Positions 1-9,331 of a stretch of DNA of 64,000 nt are shown piece by piece. Under the pieces are notes generated by a model, which was not told where the DNA came from, ran no database searches, and saw only the letters and a list, made by a program, of their open reading frames with translations. Source of the stretch: a virus (taxonomy: Duplodnaviria; Caudoviricetes); the IMG/VR virus record IMGVR_UViG_3300033463_004542, positions 1-64,000 of that record; one strand, written 5' to 3'. Both the position numbers and the translations under genes were made by a program. How positions within the stretch are numbered: position 1 is the first letter of the stretch; each line of letters begins with the position of its first letter.

Positions 1-815
1 AAAGGAGACATATTTCTGTGACATTCATCTAATATCACCATTCCGATAGTGCCCTTATTCAGTAATTTAGTTAATCTTTCTCTGAATAAATAATGTCTAT
101 CTTTTCTATAGTGAAATGCTTCAATATTTACAACGAGGAAGAATGGAAGTGTAGGTTGGTCTTTCTTGCCATACATGTGACCACACATCAAATCTTCTAA
201 CTTTTCAGCACCACCGCCATCTGTTCTTACTGTGCCATCTCGCTTTAATCTAGAACCAAGTAAATAAGGAACATACTCACCATTGGTATGTTTTATGATA
301 TCGTCTACCCAGTTATATTTAGCAGAATTTACACATGCTACTATCAGGCAATGCTTAATCTTGTTTACTTTCTTATTGTATAAAGCAAGATTCAATGCTT
401 CAAGCGTCTTACCTAAACCTTGTTCGTCTGCTAATAAGAATCCGCTATATAATCCTCGTCTTTGACGGTCAATAGCAAATTTCATGAAATCTTTCTGATG
501 TTGGAAAACATTCTGACCTTCCTGAACATACAACGGAATCTTTGATATGTCAACATCAGGAATAGCACTGACATTAGTTGAATCTAATGTAGCATTTTCA
601 TTCAAGTACTCTGCAGAATATATCTTGAGGTCGTTTTCATAGACAGTCCCTTTGAACTGTGTAATTAGAAAACCTAATCGGTCAACAGGGATAGTCCAAT
701 ATTTTTGTTCCGGAACATAATTACGTCCCGGAACATTTTTAATCAACTGTATTACCTCAGGGTCATACTTAAACCTGATTTCATAAATATCTTGTTTTTG
801 TACTACACTAATCAT
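1..815 (-). CDS. SNF2/SWI2-family helicase, N-terminal part (runs off window start)
   Basis: Not in the ORF track. Manual translation from ATG at 815 gives MISVVQKQDIYEIRFKYDPEVIQLIKNVPGRNY..WTIP (HARP-like) then FQHQ...GFLLADEQGLGKT (SNF2 motif I). Start overlaps the ahcY stop (ATGA). Confidence 0.85.
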   Translation of the reverse strand, partial: MISVVQKQDIYEIRFKYDPEVIQLIKNVPGRNYVPEQKYWTIPVDRLGFLITQFKGTVYENDLKIYSAEYLNENATLDSTNVSAIPDVDISKIPLYVQEGQNVFQHQKDFMKFAIDRQRRGLYSGFLLADEQGLGKTLEALNLALYNKKVNKIKHCLIVACVNSAKYNWVDDIIKHTNGEYVPYLLGSRLKRDGTVRTDGGGAEKLEDLMCGHMYGKKDQPTLPFFLVVNIEAFHYRKDRHYLFRERLTKLLNKGTIGMVILDECHRNMSP

Positions 816-2047
816 CCGTACAGATATTTTGCCTGCTTTTCTGTCAAAGAATCAATTGACTTGTTGAGTGCATTTAACTTAATATTAGCAACACGAGTAT
901 CAATTTCTTCCGGTACATCTATTAACATTTCTGAAATATCTTCAGAATGTTTAACGAGATATTCAGCAGACAGAGCCTGAATAGCAAAACTCATATCCAT
1001 GATTTCTGCAGGATGTCCATCTCCACAAGCAAGATTGACTAATCTGCCTTCACCTAATACATATACTTTCTTTGAATTAGGGAGGATATATCCTGTGATA
1101 TTATTGCGAGCCTCAAACTTTCTATCTGCAAATTCTTCAAGTCCTGCAATATCAACTTCACAATCAAAGTGACCTGCATTACAAAGGATAGCACCATCTT
1201 TCATCTTCTCAAAATGTTCAGGAGTGATTACATCACAACAACCTGTAACTGTTACAAAGAAGTCACCTAACTCGCAGGCCTTGTCCATAGGCATTATCTC
1301 AAATCCATCCATGTACGCTTCAATGGCCTTAACAGGGTCAACTTCTGTTACAATTACTTGTGCTCCGAGGCCCTTTGCTCTCATTGCAACGCCTTTACCG
1401 CACCAACCGTAGCCTGCTACAACTACTGTCTTGCCTGCTACGATAAGATTTGTAGTACGATTAATACCATCCCAAACTGACTGGCCTGTACCATATCTAT
1501 TATCGAAGAAATGCTTCATCTTTGCATTATTTACTCGTACCATGTGGAACTTAAGTTCATTAGCATTATTCATCTGCTCAAGTCTTAAGATACCTGTTGT
1601 AGTTTCTTCACACCCTCCAATGACATTCGGAATGAGTTCAGGGTACTTTGTATGGATAAGAGTTACAAGGTCGCCACCATCATCAATAATGATATTAGGA
1701 CCAATCTTGATAACCTGTTCAATATCTTTTTCATACTGTTCAGGAGATGCTCCATGGTGTGCAAATACTTCCATTCCGCAATCAACAAGAGCAGCCGCTA
1801 TATCGTCCTGAGTAGAGAGTGGATTAGAACCTGTTACATACATTTCGGCTCCGCCGGCTTGGAACACTTTACATAAATAAGCCGTCTTGGCTTCAAGATG
1901 AACAGAAAGGGCTACTTTCAATCCTGCGAAGGGCTTAGTAGTTGAGAATTCCTCTTCTAACTGCCTAAGCAAATCACAATGGTTCTTAACCCATTCAATC
2001 TTAAGATTTCCTGACTCGTACAAATTCAAATCTGTGATGTCTGACAT
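812..2047 (-). CDS. ahcY: S-adenosylhomocysteine hydrolase (adenosylhomocysteinase)
   Basis: Motifs HLEAKT, SNPLSTQD, DDGGD, EETTTG, KHFFDNRYGTGQS, GYGWCGKG, NAGHFD, GRLVNL..GHPAEIMD. Confidence 0.97.
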   Translation of the reverse strand: MSDITDLNLYESGNLKIEWVKNHCDLLRQLEEEFSTTKPFAGLKVALSVHLEAKTAYLCKVFQAGGAEMYVTGSNPLSTQDDIAAALVDCGMEVFAHHGASPEQYEKDIEQVIKIGPNIIIDDGGDLVTLIHTKYPELIPNVIGGCEETTTGILRLEQMNNANELKFHMVRVNNAKMKHFFDNRYGTGQSVWDGINRTTNLIVAGKTVVVAGYGWCGKGVAMRAKGLGAQVIVTEVDPVKAIEAYMDGFEIMPMDKACELGDFFVTVTGCCDVITPEHFEKMKDGAILCNAGHFDCEVDIAGLEEFADRKFEARNNITGYILPNSKKVYVLGEGRLVNLACGDGHPAEIMDMSFAIQALSAEYLVKHSEDISEMLIDVPEEIDTRVANIKLNALNKSIDSLTEKQAKYLYG

Positions 2048-2081
2048 CTACAACCTCCAATTTTTATTTAATATAAACTCA

Positions 2082-2756
2082 TTACCAAATGAATTTGTGA
2101 TTAAACATTTCTCCGTTATCAATGACTATGTCCTGAGCGGTACAACTCTTGTTGATTGTAGCAAGGAAATACATCCAATCTGCAGCTTCTGTAGTTGTTG
2201 CCCATTTCTTAAGTGGAGTCATAGTCATAATCTTATTCCACTTATTATTGTCATTCATAACAGTCCAATTGACAGGAGATAAAACACCTCCGAAACTTAT
2301 ACTGTTGCAAGTGGCTCCATACTTAGCAATTTCCTTTGCAGTGTATTTTGTATAAGCAATAACACCACCCTTACTTGCTGCGTAGTTGCCAAAATCAGCA
2401 CCAGTAGAACCTGACGCTGCTGCTTGATTGATTACTGCTTTGATTTCTTTATTCTCTAATGCATACTTTTCTGTGCAGTTAATTACACCTTGAAGATTTA
2501 CGCTAATATCTTCGTCTGTTCCCTGCACACCTGCATTATTAATCAGGATATTGACATTTTCAATATCAGGAAGTTCATCTTTCTTTGAAACATCTGCGAC
2601 AGTATGAATGTAATTATCTTCAGTTATAGTAGAGCCTGATATATCTATACCATAAACTACATGACCTTCTGATAAGAACTTTATTGCTGCTTCTCTGCCC
2701 ATTCCTCTAGCAGAGCCGGTTATAACAACATTCAAGTTATTTACCCTCCATTTCAA
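2082..2756 (-). CDS. Short-chain dehydrogenase/reductase (SDR)
   Basis: TGSARGMG Rossmann motif, NNAG, YAASK catalytic motif. Confidence 0.9.
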   Translation of the reverse strand: MKWRVNNLNVVITGSARGMGREAAIKFLSEGHVVYGIDISGSTITEDNYIHTVADVSKKDELPDIENVNILINNAGVQGTDEDISVNLQGVINCTEKYALENKEIKAVINQAAASGSTGADFGNYAASKGGVIAYTKYTAKEIAKYGATCNSISFGGVLSPVNWTVMNDNNKWNKIMTMTPLKKWATTTEAADWMYFLATINKSCTAQDIVIDNGEMFNHKFIW

Positions 2757-2925
2757 ATCCGCAATTAGGACAATAGTTAGACAAACAATAGGTAACTATT
2801 GTGCTGTTCTGTATAGTAACATGTTTTAGCAATGCTGGCTCATTGCAATGTGAGCAAGTACAAGAAACTATCTGTCCCCATGAACCTACTCTTTCATATT
2901 CAGTTATCCAATGTGCAGAACTCAT
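2737..2925 (-). CDS. Small zinc-ribbon protein
   Basis: W...CSHC...YCPNCG pattern. Confidence 0.65.
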   Translation of the reverse strand: MSSAHWITEYERVGSWGQIVSCTCSHCNEPALLKHVTIQNSTIVTYCLSNYCPNCGFEMEGK

Positions 2926-3212
2926 GTTAAGATTATCTTTGACTTCTTCATCAGTGCTTCGTGAACTAATCCTTCAAGTCTTCTTAACGATTCAGCATCG
3001 AAGTCCTGAAGTGCTACAGAAACTTTATCATTCTGCTCAGGCAAGAATAAGCATTTACAGCCATTGTCCTGACAATATGAAATAAGTTCTTGAATTTCAT
3101 CTGATGTTATCTCAGGGTCTTTTTCAGAATCATAAGTAGCAAAGATGAATTCACCTTCCTGGCATTTGATTATCTCTTTAAGGGTTTCACCATTTATTTG
3201 AATCTTCTCCAT
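2922..3212 (-). CDS. Hypothetical protein
   Basis: 96-aa ORF tightly packed in the operon. Confidence 0.6.
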   Translation of the reverse strand: MEKIQINGETLKEIIKCQEGEFIFATYDSEKDPEITSDEIQELISYCQDNGCKCLFLPEQNDKVSVALQDFDAESLRRLEGLVHEALMKKSKIILT

Positions 3213-3213
3213 A

Positions 3214-3510
3214 TTAACTAAACCAACTGTCCTCCTGATTTATTTCGTTTTCTACATTCTTCTTCCATTCAGAAAATTCTATCTTATCTAACATCCAATC
3301 TCTATCAGAAACAGAAATTAGACCTTTAACAAGAAGTACAAAACAAAGTTTAGTCATTAAATCGTGATTAGATTGTTTTTCTGCTTCGGCTTCTTTTGCT
3401 TTAAGCCATCTTTTATATACTAATGCAGTTATCAAAACAAGAGTTATTATAGACACTAATACTCCTGTAGCAAATGCAAATAAAGAAAACTGCCATGCTT
3501 CTACATACAT
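3214..3510 (-). CDS. Hypothetical membrane protein
   Basis: Hydrophobic N-terminal helix; AAGGAG RBS. Confidence 0.6.
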   Translation of the reverse strand: MYVEAWQFSLFAFATGVLVSIITLVLITALVYKRWLKAKEAEAEKQSNHDLMTKLCFVLLVKGLISVSDRDWMLDKIEFSEWKKNVENEINQEDSWFS

Positions 3511-3620
3511 TGATTTATCTCCTTAAATTACCGGCTATAACGGACAAGAAACGCGCAACTTGGCTACGAATTTCACGCAATCAGATAAGGTAATTCGCCT
3601 CATTGGCTGGACAACGAGGC

Positions 3621-3694
3621 TGGTTGAGATAGCAGGGCTCGAACCTACAATACCTGAGTCAAAGTCAGATGTGTTACCGTTACACCATATCTCA
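3621..3694 (-). tRNA. tRNA-Gln(TTG)
   Basis: TGAGATA acceptor stem, CTTTGAC anticodon loop, GGTTCGAGCCC T arm, encoded CCA. Confidence 0.93.
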
Positions 3695-3710
3695 GTATTA
3701 TCATATCTAC

Positions 3711-3720
3711 TATAACGATT
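3711..3720 (-). promoter_or_regulatory. Phage promoter motif A (AATCGTTATA), representative copy
   Basis: Same 10-mer upstream of transcription units at 3711, 4863, 6657, 10326, 13703, 14997, 15898, 26257; one-mismatch copy at 14172, two-mismatch copy at 28457; on + strand at 24448 before the only + gene. Confidence 0.8.
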
Positions 3721-4330
3721 AGTCCTTTGGAAGTTTTATCTTACCGAAGGCCATCTTGTATACTTCCATTCCATTAGAAAGTTTTCTAGTATAATGAATA
3801 TTGTCATTAGCAATTTCCATATCCTTGAACACTCTTGCTTCTTTAAGAAGTTCAGGTTCAATTATATACTTGCTTGAGAAGTTATGACGAATGAGTCCTT
3901 CTAATGCACCACTTGCTTCAATCCAACCGTGATTAAGTGCCCATTTAAGTTGCTGTTTCAATGCATCACTTGCATATAACTTCTTTGTCTTTCGCTGTTC
4001 TTCATCTTCAATATGATAATAGCGATTATTTCCGGCACCTACAAGTTTAAGGCCATATTTTTGTTTAAATACTGATACTGTATAGACCTTGTTGATATCA
4101 AAGTCTTTCATATCATTCAATTCGCCATCATAAGTTATATACCACAGGAATGAGTTATCTATGAAATCATATTCATCATCAAAAGAATGGAAGCCTCCTA
4201 TATACTTATAGGCGGTATTCATAAATTCAAAAGTATCTGAACCTAACATACTCTTTATACGCTTATCAGAAATAAGTTGATGTGATGCATAAATGGAGTT
4301 ATTATTTGGGTCAATCCTGTAAATCTTCAT
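3719..4330 (-). CDS. Hypothetical protein
   Basis: 203-aa ORF overlapping the upstream esterase stop. Confidence 0.65.
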   Translation of the reverse strand: MKIYRIDPNNNSIYASHQLISDKRIKSMLGSDTFEFMNTAYKYIGGFHSFDDEYDFIDNSFLWYITYDGELNDMKDFDINKVYTVSVFKQKYGLKLVGAGNNRYYHIEDEEQRKTKKLYASDALKQQLKWALNHGWIEASGALEGLIRHNFSSKYIIEPELLKEARVFKDMEIANDNIHYTRKLSNGMEVYKMAFGKIKLPKD

Positions 4331-4839
4331 CTTATACCTTCCTTGAATGCTTTAATGAATTCTTCACCTTTAAGAGAATGTCCGCCTTTTACAATAGCCA
4401 TTTCATTCTCCTTCGGCTTTAAATAAAACAAGGTTGTATTTATATCAAGGACTTTGTCCTCATTACCAAGTATAACGAAATAATTGCTATTAGTATCGGC
4501 ATATGTTGACCAAAGAGCTAAAAGCGATTCTTTAAATCTATAACCTGATACAAGATTAGGTATATACTTATCAGGCGGAATGCAAGGATTAACTAATAAA
4601 GTTTTAGTTCCGGTACAAGAACCTAAGATGTATGCAAAAAATCCTCCGAAAGAATTTCCTACAATCAAGTCAGGATTAGGACAAAGTGACTTAAGATTAG
4701 CAAGAATATCTTCGGGAGAATTTGATTCGTAATCTATCTGTGGAGATACTATCTCAGCCCCAGGAAACTCACTACAAAGAAGTTTGTAGTTTGTATTAGT
4801 ATTTGAACCGTTAAGGCCATGAATATTGAGAATTTTCAT
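4327..4839 (-). CDS. YqiA/YcfP-like alpha/beta hydrolase (esterase)
   Basis: IHGLNG oxyanion motif, GNSFGG nucleophile elbow, LLVNP, D and GGH triad residues. Confidence 0.85.
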   Translation of the reverse strand: MKILNIHGLNGSNTNTNYKLLCSEFPGAEIVSPQIDYESNSPEDILANLKSLCPNPDLIVGNSFGGFFAYILGSCTGTKTLLVNPCIPPDKYIPNLVSGYRFKESLLALWSTYADTNSNYFVILGNEDKVLDINTTLFYLKPKENEMAIVKGGHSLKGEEFIKAFKEGIR

Positions 4840-4890
4840 ATTTAATATCTCCCTTCACTTATTATAACGATTCTCAGTAGAGATATTAAA

Positions 4891-5634
4891 TTATTGCTTT
4901 TGATTGTTGTTGAATTCAATTATACTTTTCAGAAGTTTTGCTCGATACTGATATGCTACAGCATTAACATCCTTGTTTAAGCAGTGACTATCCCAATAAG
5001 GTGTGTCTCTATACACAAATGTATGAGAAGGATTCACTCTTGGGTCAAGTATGAATAGTTCTCTGAGTTCCTCGTAATCAATACCTTCTTGCTCAGCAAT
5101 ATCAAAGAATTGACTGCAAAAAGATACCTTCATAGCAAGATAAGAATTTTCCATATATTTGACCAAAGAAGCAGTTTTAGCATCAGTTATCTTGAATTGA
5201 TGAGAAGCGTCATAGACATTTTGCAGGATTTGAATGACCTTCTTACAATCTTCTTTATCACCGCCAAGAATAGTGAAATTGAAATTATAATTATTGCAAT
5301 GTTGAGTGCTTCCGTAATATTCAGGGCTGAAAACTATATGTTTAGTATGCCAGCGGTTTCGGATAGTATCTATTTGAACAGGAAGCATAGTACTCTTTAT
5401 TACAAAGATATTAGCATTATTTTCTGCTAAAGCAACTTCCACTTCAGAACAGTCGCAGAAAGATTCTTCAGATTCAGGAGTATCTACACAGATGAATGCA
5501 ATGTCGTATAGACCTTCCTTACGCTCGTCTATGACCTTGTACTTATCATAAAAATCGGGTTTGAGTATATCTAACTCTTTGCCGAGATTAGTACCTACAA
5601 TGCCTTTACCGACAATCAATACTTTGTAATCCAT
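4891..5634 (-). CDS. UDP-glucose/GDP-mannose dehydrogenase family protein lacking the C-terminal domain
   Basis: GKGIVG, FICVDTP, IKST, SPEY, KYMENSYLAMKVSF, DPR, HCLNKD (catalytic Cys); only 247 aa. Confidence 0.85.
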   Translation of the reverse strand: MDYKVLIVGKGIVGTNLGKELDILKPDFYDKYKVIDERKEGLYDIAFICVDTPESEESFCDCSEVEVALAENNANIFVIKSTMLPVQIDTIRNRWHTKHIVFSPEYYGSTQHCNNYNFNFTILGGDKEDCKKVIQILQNVYDASHQFKITDAKTASLVKYMENSYLAMKVSFCSQFFDIAEQEGIDYEELRELFILDPRVNPSHTFVYRDTPYWDSHCLNKDVNAVAYQYRAKLLKSIIEFNNNQKQ

Positions 5635-5636
5635 GA

Positions 5637-6635
5637 TTAGTCCTCAAGTTCAATAGATTCAATGTGCTTAATCCACTCATCAAATGTATATTTTTCGGAC
5701 AGTACACCCTCTCTAATTGCCCGTTGTTTTACTAATGTAACTATCTTATTTCTAACTTCTGGTTCAACAATACCCAATAACTGTTTATGTCTGTCATAAT
5801 ATCTTCTAAACCAAACTTCAACATTATTGCGGTATTCTTCGTTTTCAGGGTCAAGCCATATCGGCTTATTCAGGGTGTAGTAGACAGTATAAACTAGATT
5901 GCATACCTGAACTTTTGCAAGATTCAGCATATTATTATTCATAGCATCTACTATCAATAATGCATTTCCATAGATTACATAGTGATAAGTTTTAAGGACA
6001 TATTTTGGGTCAGAACGACATATTGAATCTTCTCTCCAACGCCACAGATATATTGGAGTATCGCAATATTTTATGTTATCAGTATATGCTCGAGCTAACA
6101 TATTATAGACATTGTCTTCATGTGCAGGCATTTCGCTATACCACTTAATATGGTTTTCAATTAAAAATTCTCTGCGATATACTTTGCCGTGAATAAAAGT
6201 AGTATCTTGCCTATGCAGAAAGTAATCTATCTTATTATGCTTGGTTCTGGATTCTTCTAAGAAATCACAGACTAATATATCAAAACCTACTTCGGCATAT
6301 TTGAAAATAGTAAATAGAGCGATATTTGATAGGAACATATCATCGGCATCGCAATACATAACATACTGAGCACTTGCTTTTTCAAATAACTTCTGACGAG
6401 TAGCTGCTATGCCTTCATGCTCGAATTCAAAATACTCTATATTAAAAGGATAACAAGTCCAAGGCTCATAGCCAAGCAAAAATTCTTCGGATAGCTTTGT
6501 ATCAGAACCGTCATTGCCGATAAGGACTTCGATGTCATTAAAATCAATTCCTTGCTGTGGAACTATGCTATCGAGTAACCCTTTGATAACATTTTCGTCT
6601 TCCTTATATTGAGGAACTAAAATCTGTAATTTCAT
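5637..6635 (-). CDS. Glycosyltransferase family 2
   Basis: ILVPQY, NDGS, YCDADD (DxD), HED motifs. Confidence 0.88.
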   Translation of the reverse strand: MKLQILVPQYKEDENVIKGLLDSIVPQQGIDFNDIEVLIGNDGSDTKLSEEFLLGYEPWTCYPFNIEYFEFEHEGIAATRQKLFEKASAQYVMYCDADDMFLSNIALFTIFKYAEVGFDILVCDFLEESRTKHNKIDYFLHRQDTTFIHGKVYRREFLIENHIKWYSEMPAHEDNVYNMLARAYTDNIKYCDTPIYLWRWREDSICRSDPKYVLKTYHYVIYGNALLIVDAMNNNMLNLAKVQVCNLVYTVYYTLNKPIWLDPENEEYRNNVEVWFRRYYDRHKQLLGIVEPEVRNKIVTLVKQRAIREGVLSEKYTFDEWIKHIESIELED

Positions 6636-6675
6636 AGTAAGCCTCCATCAATACATTATAACGATTCATGTTATA

Positions 6676-7797
6676 TCAAAGATGTGCCCTTATATATGAA
6701 ACTAAATCGTCTAATGTCATTTGGCTTACATATGGTTGAGTATAAGATACTCCCATAGAAGTATACACTGTTTTTACTCCTGTACAAACTATTGCAGGTG
6801 TAGGGTTTGTAGGGGTCGGACTACTGGGTATTGCCGATGTACTTAAATACCCAAAATATGATGACATATAAGTGTTATATATGCCGGTTGTTTCATATTC
6901 CATATCTTCATCTAAAGTGCCTACAATAGCAGGGCCAAATACTAATGAAAGAATTCTGTTGTCTAATGCAGGATAACTAGGGCAGTGACTATCGTAACCA
7001 TTCTCAACACCGAGGTCTGTAATTACACCATAGGCGTAAACATCTCCAATTTCTCCTGCGATATGCCAATCAGGTTCTGTGTTGTTAACATACTGATTAC
7101 CTTGTTTGACAAAATAGTATTGATATGCCTCATCCCAATTCCAAGGTTTAGTATGTAATTGATAATGAACTTTTTGTCCGGAGCCTCCATGACAAAGATA
7201 GTCTTTTATTAAATCTCGGCCATCCACTGCACCAATATTAATTGTATAGCCATCATCATAAGTATATTTAGTAATTAAATCAGTTTTAGGATAATGATAG
7301 AGTATGGAATCATCTCCAACTTCTTCTTCACCATATGTGCTAACAGAAACATCAGGGATATCATCGAAGCATCCTCCATAAATATCTCCACCATAATTAG
7401 TGCCTAATACTTTAGAAAATATATGTCGATTTAGATTGTCATACTGGCCAACACCTTCTTCATCATCTTCATCACCCCCTAACCCCCACAGAAAATGACG
7501 GTCGAGATAGTGTGAGATTACATCTCCGCTTGAAAAACAGACTATATTTCTGTTAGAGGGGACACTAGCCGCTATATTTTCCACGCAAACCATGTAGGCA
7601 CCGGAGTCAGATGTCTCTTCAAAATCAGACAATTCACGGAGTTGCAGATAACGCCCTACAAGATTTTCAGTATTTACTTTACCAGTAGCAACACTTGCTC
7701 CAACAGCAGTCAGACCATTACCAACCAATGTAACATCCGACATTGCATCTAAATTAAGCTCAGGTAGTTGGCTTATTTTCTTACTATCGTCGGCCAT
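6676..7797 (-). CDS. Putative virion fibre/appendage protein
   Basis: N-terminus SKKISQL matches SKKISDL of the fibre at 40567-42243; preceded by motif B. Confidence 0.5.
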   Translation of the reverse strand: MADDSKKISQLPELNLDAMSDVTLVGNGLTAVGASVATGKVNTENLVGRYLQLRELSDFEETSDSGAYMVCVENIAASVPSNRNIVCFSSGDVISHYLDRHFLWGLGGDEDDEEGVGQYDNLNRHIFSKVLGTNYGGDIYGGCFDDIPDVSVSTYGEEEVGDDSILYHYPKTDLITKYTYDDGYTINIGAVDGRDLIKDYLCHGGSGQKVHYQLHTKPWNWDEAYQYYFVKQGNQYVNNTEPDWHIAGEIGDVYAYGVITDLGVENGYDSHCPSYPALDNRILSLVFGPAIVGTLDEDMEYETTGIYNTYMSSYFGYLSTSAIPSSPTPTNPTPAIVCTGVKTVYTSMGVSYTQPYVSQMTLDDLVSYIRAHL

Positions 7798-7830
7798 AGG
7801 ATTCCCCTTTACATTATTTACTTATATTTA

Positions 7831-7840
7831 ATTTAAGGTT
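7831..7840 (-). promoter_or_regulatory. Phage promoter motif B (AACCTTNWAT), representative copy
   Basis: Related copies at 24091, 24432, 26238, 31686, 36656, 51603, 52103, 52442, 61834, mostly upstream of virion genes. Confidence 0.7.
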
Positions 7841-8723
7841 ACACTTCATAAAAACAAGGGTTCGGAAACTTTTTTGCAAGTATATCAGATATATCTAGGT
7901 TACCTCGATTATTGTTTATACATAACAACTTACACCCTGAATTCATAACTGTGTCAGTTACTTCGGGTAAGTTATTAATAACATCTAAATACTCTGAATT
8001 TATAGGTCTATCAACATAAGTATTATTGTAGTAATGGTAGTAACTATAAATATTCTGATTTATATTTATATGCTTCCGAAATCTTGTAATAGAAGAATTT
8101 ATTTCAGGCTGTAGGTTTTTTGCTACATATTCCAAGGCATTCCTATGTAGTGGAGACGCATTATGAGATGTAAGTAATATTTCATAAGGATTATATCTTT
8201 TCTTGCCCATTTTATTTGCAATAATATCAAGTCCATTACGGCATTGATTATAATAGGTCAAGTTACTCTGATACCACCCGTGTTCAATAAAATGAATATT
8301 TGGGACATCTTCTGTAAAGAAATCACTTATCTCCGTTGGATTTAGAGGATAAATATCATCGTTGAAATAGATTATCTTATCAGGCAAATCAGTAATATTT
8401 CCTAAGAAGCACTCAATGGTGCAACTGTTGAAAGTTGGCAAAAATTGTTCAGGAATAAAATCCTTATGATAAACTATCCTTACCTTGTCGGTATTCAGCC
8501 ATTTTGGTATCTGCCCTTCTCCTGATAACAGCAGGACTACTTGATGGATGAAAGGCATATTTTCCGCTATACCACGAAACAGATATTTTAAGTTATTCGC
8601 TCCATCAAATCGATTACACGATGGAATATATGACCCCGTAAATTTAGTATATTGACGCATCCATTCTGGGTCGTCCGGTGTCACATATGGAAGAATAATA
8701 TCTACTTTATAATCAGAAGTCAT
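7839..8723 (-). CDS. Stealth-family hexose-1-phosphate transferase
   Basis: CR1 VDIILPYV..DDPEW; CR2 LKYLFRGI..LPTFNS..IIYFNDD; CR4 LLCINN..KFPNPCFYE. Confidence 0.88.
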   Translation of the reverse strand: MTSDYKVDIILPYVTPDDPEWMRQYTKFTGSYIPSCNRFDGANNLKYLFRGIAENMPFIHQVVLLLSGEGQIPKWLNTDKVRIVYHKDFIPEQFLPTFNSCTIECFLGNITDLPDKIIYFNDDIYPLNPTEISDFFTEDVPNIHFIEHGWYQSNLTYYNQCRNGLDIIANKMGKKRYNPYEILLTSHNASPLHRNALEYVAKNLQPEINSSITRFRKHININQNIYSYYHYYNNTYVDRPINSEYLDVINNLPEVTDTVMNSGCKLLCINNNRGNLDISDILAKKFPNPCFYEV

Positions 8724-9331
8724 TTCAGATATTGAGCCAAATCATTCTTTATTGTTAAATCTTTGCGTTTGCGTTTCCAAGAAATACTGCCTTCTCGGTT
8801 TGACCTGTACACATATAGAGGCATATTCAATTTGTATGTAGAATGAGGTATTGCTCGTAATTGTGATTGAAATGGAATATCAGTATAGCAGTCCCAACTT
8901 TCGTCAAAAAACGGAACTATCTCTCGTCTATATACAGCCTTCCATATTGCCCGGGCATTCGGATGTATTATTACTTGATTTCTATCGAAATCTACCCAAT
9001 CAAACATTATTTCGTCGGCCAATTCTTTGTCGATAGCGTCAATAAGAACATCGATATAATTCATCATTATCATATCGTCGCTATCAATGAAGCCAGTATA
9101 TTTTCCTGTGGCTCGCCTTATGCCTTCATTCCATGAGGCACTTGCTCCTTTATGTTCATTATGAATGATATTGAATTCAGTAAACTCATCAAACCGAGTT
9201 TCGTTACAACCATCATCAACAAGAATAACTTCGACTTCATCTGTCTTCTGAAGCCGAAGTTCTTTCAGTAATTTGATAGTATATTCGTAGGTGTTGTAAT
9301 ATGGAATTATAATTGAAAGTTTAATCATCAT
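8720..9331 (-). CDS. Glycosyltransferase family 2
   Basis: LSIIIPYYN, VDDG, FIDSDD. Confidence 0.9.
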   Translation of the reverse strand: MMIKLSIIIPYYNTYEYTIKLLKELRLQKTDEVEVILVDDGCNETRFDEFTEFNIIHNEHKGASASWNEGIRRATGKYTGFIDSDDMIMMNYIDVLIDAIDKELADEIMFDWVDFDRNQVIIHPNARAIWKAVYRREIVPFFDESWDCYTDIPFQSQLRAIPHSTYKLNMPLYVYRSNREGSISWKRKRKDLTIKNDLAQYLK

